Shown: positions 54,956 through 57,964 of the stretch, in pieces
Layout: each line of letters starts with the position of its first letter
Numbering within the stretch: position 1 is the first letter of the stretch
Assembly (NCBI GenBank): GCA_023250585.1
Contig: JAHFAK010000002.1
Coordinates: forward strand, 2,514 to 60,477
Source of the DNA: Deltaproteobacteria bacterium
GTDB taxonomy: Bacteria; Bdellovibrionota_F; JAHFAK01
Direction: 5' to 3'
Length of the DNA stretch: 57,964 nucleotides
Notes under the pieces: model-generated
What the model was told of the DNA's origin: nothing
The model's input: the letters and a program-made list of their open reading frames with translations, nothing else
Database searches by the model: none
Translations under genes and position numbers: made by a program

Positions 54956-55243
54956 CTAGCAGCCTGTATTACTAGGACAACCGGAATTGCTTGTACAGCT
55001 GCCCACATTAACTGAGTCTCCATTTATCGGAGAAGTAAAATCTAATTTTTCATAGGCGATAACAGATTCATATACAGCTTTTTGAACCTGCGTGGGTTCT
55101 TTTTTAGTAACTGCCGCATGAGTTGTTTGAGGTAAGACAATTGATCCTAATACAATATTCGCTCCTGCAACAAAGGTCATTAAATGTCGAGACAATCTCG
55201 ATTTTGTTTTCTCAGTTGGTTTGAAAATTTCATTTTTCTTCAT
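54956..55243 (-). CDS. RiPP precursor peptide paralog 3 (core ...NVGSCTSNSGCPSNTGC)
   Basis: 95 aa. Shares the leader blocks LSRHLMTFVAGANIVLGS, THAAVTK and YEKLDFTSP with the two upstream paralogs. Has its own RBS. Confidence 0.8.
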   Translation of the reverse strand: MKKNEIFKPTEKTKSRLSRHLMTFVAGANIVLGSIVLPQTTHAAVTKKEPTQVQKAVYESVIAYEKLDFTSPINGDSVNVGSCTSNSGCPSNTGC

Positions 55244-55280
55244 AATTATGTTCCTTTCTTATTAATGCGTATTTTTATTT

Positions 55281-55565
55281 CTAACAGCCAGTATTAGTTG
55301 GACAACCAGTATTGTGTGGGCAACTGGTATTACCGTCCTCATTATTTACTGGAGAAGTAAAATCTAATTTTTCGTATACATACACTGATTCGAGGACTGA
55401 TTTTTTAGTCAGAATAGTATCTTTGTTTGTAACTGCTGCATGTGTAATTTGTGGGATTGTTAATGATCCTAATACAATATTCGCTCCTGCAACAAACGTT
55501 ATTAAGTGTCTGGATAAGCCAGACTTTTTTTTCTCTGTTAAGTTTAAAGTTTTATTTTCCTTCAT
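55281..55565 (-). CDS. RiPP precursor peptide paralog 2 (core ...NTSCPHNTGCPTNTGC)
   Basis: 94 aa with the same conserved leader blocks. AAAGGAG RBS. Confidence 0.8.
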   Translation of the reverse strand: MKENKTLNLTEKKKSGLSRHLITFVAGANIVLGSLTIPQITHAAVTNKDTILTKKSVLESVYVYEKLDFTSPVNNEDGNTSCPHNTGCPTNTGC

Positions 55566-55601
55566 AATTATACTCCTTTCTTATTCACATATGTCTCTTA
55601 A

Positions 55602-55886
55602 CTAACAGCCTGTATTTTTTGGACAGCCAGTATTAGTTGGACAACCAGTATTACTTTCTTCCTCATGTATTGGAGAAGTAAAGTCTAATTTTTCGTATAC
55701 ATACACTGATTCAAATGTTGATTTTATAACTAAGGAATTGTCCTCCTTTGTAACTGCCGCATGTGTAACTTGAGGTAGTACAAATGTACCCAATACAATG
55801 TTTGCCCCAGCAACAAAAGTCATTAAATGTCGCGATAATTTCGACTTCTTTGTTTCTGGTAGCTCCAAAACTTCATCTTTCTTCAT
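55602..55886 (-). CDS. RiPP precursor peptide paralog 1 (core ...SNTGCPTNTGCPKNTGC)
   Basis: I chose the ATG at 55886 (MKKDEVLEL) because AAGGAG lies 7 nt upstream and it gives the same 94-aa length as the paralogs. The track's extension to 55940 is unsupported. Confidence 0.8.
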   Translation of the reverse strand: MKKDEVLELPETKKSKLSRHLMTFVAGANIVLGTFVLPQVTHAAVTKEDNSLVIKSTFESVYVYEKLDFTSPIHEEESNTGCPTNTGCPKNTGC

Positions 55887-55951
55887 ACGAAATCTCCTTT
55901 TGTAATAATTGTTAGTAAAATAACTAAAACTGAATTTCATATAGAGGATAA

Positions 55952-55967
55952 TGCAAGTTATATGCCA
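55952..55967 (-). promoter_or_regulatory. Candidate sigma-54 (-24/-12) promoter of the precursor/maturase operon
   Basis: The minus strand reads TGGCAT-ATAAC-TTGCA with GG-N10-GC spacing, about 67 nt upstream of the first precursor ATG. I could not find a convincing sigma-70 -35/-10 pair in the same region. Confidence 0.45.
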
Positions 55968-56054
55968 AAAGTTATTTCTTGTAATTACTGAATGTTAGAT
56001 GTTTTTGACTTATAGTGATGCAATCAAAAGAAGACATTTTGTCTTCGTCAGTAT

Positions 56055-56099
56055 TCAGTCAACAATGTGCTCTATGATAGATGTCTTCATGTTGACTGA
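56055..56099. promoter_or_regulatory. 10-bp perfect inverted repeat TCAGTCAACA-N25-TGTTGACTGA (possible activator/operator site)
   Basis: It lies about 115-160 bp upstream of the predicted sigma-54 start site. It overlaps a + strand TTGACT-N16-TATATA pair in front of the S41 gene. A second small palindrome, GAAGACA-TT-TGTCTTC, is at 56030-56046. Confidence 0.4.
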
Positions 56100-56172
56100 T
56101 AGGAGCTTGGAATTATATATGTCGAACTATATTCATTATGCTTAATCCAATTATTTTCCTGAGGAGGTTACT

Positions 56173-57741
56173 ATGATTTCATTGAAAAGAATATTCATAT
56201 CCCTGATTTTGTTTACTTTGCTTTCATGTTCTTTAAAAAAAATCTCAAAGAACGAATCAAATCCCTGGCAGGAACTTACAAAGAGAGACCTCGCTTTTAT
56301 TTATAAAACTATACTGAACGATCATCCAGGGCCTGTCGATGAACTTAATCCAGATTTTAAAATTTGGCTTGAGGAAGGATATAAAGAAGCTTTAAAACGA
56401 ACTGAAGAGGTTACAAGTTTTGCAGGTTATGTATATCTCCTTCGCTATTATGTTAATGGCTTTCAAGATGGTCATGTGTATATCAACTTTAAACTTGAAC
56501 GAGAGAATTTAAACTGGTCAGGATTTCTAGTTGCATATCAAAATGGAAAATTTCTAGTTGAATATGTTGATAGCAGTGGAAGTTTTGCAAAGCTTCCAGA
56601 AATTAATGATGAACTTGTAAGTTGTAATGATATGAAGCCTATGGATTTGATGAATAAAAATATTTTTCCTTTTCAAGGAATTCATGAACTTGAAGCCGAA
56701 TTGTTTCGATTTGCTCCACTTCTCTTTGTATTTGATGGAAATCCATGGGCAGAGTCTTTAGATACCTGTGTATTTAGATCAGCAAAGAATAAAGAATATT
56801 TTCTGTCTCTTGAGAAACGACCAATAGGAAATACTCAGATTTCTGCTCTCATTGACCAAATTAGAGGAGTTCCAGATAGGACATTTACTAGTACGAAATT
56901 TGGAAATAATTCAGTATGGATTAAACTTCCTTCTTTCGATCCAAAGGGAAATAGTGAATTACTACAAATGCGTTCACTTATGCAAACAATAGAACAAGAG
57001 AAAGAAATGTATAGAAAGAGTGATATGGTTGTATTTGATGTTCGAGGAAATAGTGGAGGAAGTTCGGTATGGGGCCAAAAAATACTCATGAATCTTTATG
57101 GAGAAAAATATGTGCGATATAAATCAACTCAAAATTTTATATCGAACTATAATGTTCATGCCTTATGGAGAGTTTCTCCGAGCAATTATAATTACCATCT
57201 CACCGAAACACTTCCTGAGTTAGAACGTAATTTTGGTCCTGATTCTGAGGCATATAAAGAGTATACAGATCTTGCTGAGCAAATGAAACAAGCCCTTACA
57301 AAAAATATTCAATTAATTCGAGAAGGCCAGGATGAAAATACTCTTAAAAGAAAAGCAAATGAGGCTAAACAGAGCATTATTGTTGGTGATAATCTTAATC
57401 AAGCACAAGTATTCTTATTGACTGATTCACGTTGTGGAAGTGCCTGCCTTGATTTCTGTGATATGTTGTTTCGGGTTGATGAAAAACTAATTCACGTAGG
57501 GCATCCAACCAATGCTGATACTGTATATCTAACAATAAAATATGATACTCTTCCAAGCGATATTGCATATATCACAGTACCAAGAAAACTTTGGCGCAAC
57601 CGACCTCGTGGTCACAATGTAGCTTATATACCGAAGTATCGTTGGGAAGGTGCAATTGGTGATACTGAAGCACTTCAAAAATGGATTATTGAAATAGCTA
57701 CAAGAAAGAAAGATACCGTCGTTACGAAGGATAATAAATAA
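56173..57741 (+). CDS. S41-family (C-terminal-processing/tail-specific-like) serine peptidase lipoprotein
   Basis: Lipobox FTLLSC. S41-like blocks VVFDVRGNSGGS and TDSRCGSACLDF. GAGGAGG Shine-Dalgarno. Confidence 0.65.
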   Translation: MISLKRIFISLILFTLLSCSLKKISKNESNPWQELTKRDLAFIYKTILNDHPGPVDELNPDFKIWLEEGYKEALKRTEEVTSFAGYVYLLRYYVNGFQDGHVYINFKLERENLNWSGFLVAYQNGKFLVEYVDSSGSFAKLPEINDELVSCNDMKPMDLMNKNIFPFQGIHELEAELFRFAPLLFVFDGNPWAESLDTCVFRSAKNKEYFLSLEKRPIGNTQISALIDQIRGVPDRTFTSTKFGNNSVWIKLPSFDPKGNSELLQMRSLMQTIEQEKEMYRKSDMVVFDVRGNSGGSSVWGQKILMNLYGEKYVRYKSTQNFISNYNVHALWRVSPSNYNYHLTETLPELERNFGPDSEAYKEYTDLAEQMKQALTKNIQLIREGQDENTLKRKANEAKQSIIVGDNLNQAQVFLLTDSRCGSACLDFCDMLFRVDEKLIHVGHPTNADTVYLTIKYDTLPSDIAYITVPRKLWRNRPRGHNVAYIPKYRWEGAIGDTEALQKWIIEIATRKKDTVVTKDNK

Positions 57742-57812
57742 TGTTCATATAGTTTTACCAAACATGGATATTTTCTCTGTTGACTAAGAGTTCAATTATA
57801 GATTTTTTGTAC

Positions 57813-57959
57813 CAGCTCAGTAAATGGAGGATTAAGTAATTTTTCTATGGAACTGGATCCCGCGGTCAAGCCGCGGGATGACAATTTGAGAGTGTTTCCC
57901 GTTTGTCATCCCGTGGCTTGACCACGGGATCCATCTTCATTTTTCCCATTTACTGAGCT
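57813..57959. repeat. Nested palindromic element (family 5)
   Basis: Outer arms are CAGCTCAGTAAATGG and CCATTTACTGAGCT. Inner arms are GGATCCCGCGGTCAAGCCGCGGGATGACA (57855-57883) and TGTCATCCCGTGGCTTGACCACGGGATCC (57904-57932). Confidence 0.8.
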
Positions 57960-57964
57960 ATTAC

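Noticed and set aside
55312-55605. 97-aa plus-strand ORF
   Set aside because: It is antisense to precursor paralog 2. The minus-strand reading is supported by three-fold paralogy, RBSs and the conserved Cys-rich termini.
55887-55940. 18-codon N-terminal extension of the first precursor (MKFSFSYFTNNYYKRRFR)
   Set aside because: There is no RBS. The internal ATG at 55886 has AAGGAG at the ideal distance and gives the same length and N-terminus (MKK...) as the two paralogs.

Overview
This is an AT-rich bacterial chromosomal window (roughly mid-30s % GC by eye). It looks Gram-negative in type, with many lipobox lipoproteins and a nuo operon. I cannot assign a taxon without a database search. All product calls come from motifs I recognise in the supplied translations, not from searches.

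Housekeeping content:
- An 11-gene complex I operon, nuoABCDHIJKLMN, with no nuoEFG.
- A minus-strand operon fadD-thiolase-fadB-acyl-CoA dehydrogenase that continues into a HAD hydrolase, pepE and a glutamate-cysteine-ligase-like gene.
- A rimK / AstE-like / retropepsin-like protease operon.
- ychF, an Nfu-type Fe-S scaffold, cca and udp.

Accessory content:
- A 1413-aa secreted M23 / CARDB / beta-helix protein.
- A class II Fic protein.
- A PIN/AbrB toxin-antitoxin pair.
- A small two-gene nucleotidyltransferase module.
- A 5'-truncated DUF234-type ATPase remnant.
- Several large secreted proteins or lipoproteins of unknown function.

The most interesting locus is 51.7-56.1 kb. It has three tandem paralogous ~94-aa precursor genes, each ending in three N-x-x-C motifs (for example NTGCPTNTGCPKNTGC). 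Downstream on the same strand are a DUF4097-like secreted protein, a radical SAM/SPASM enzyme with an N-terminal extension, and an overlapping helical protein. A sigma-54-type promoter motif and an inverted repeat lie upstream. I read this as a candidate new ranthipeptide-like RiPP system.

The window also carries at least six families of palindromic or MITE-like repeats. Two sit inside the nuo operon, and one family supplies the last four codons and the stop codon of two unrelated genes. I found no rRNA, tRNA or CRISPR array.
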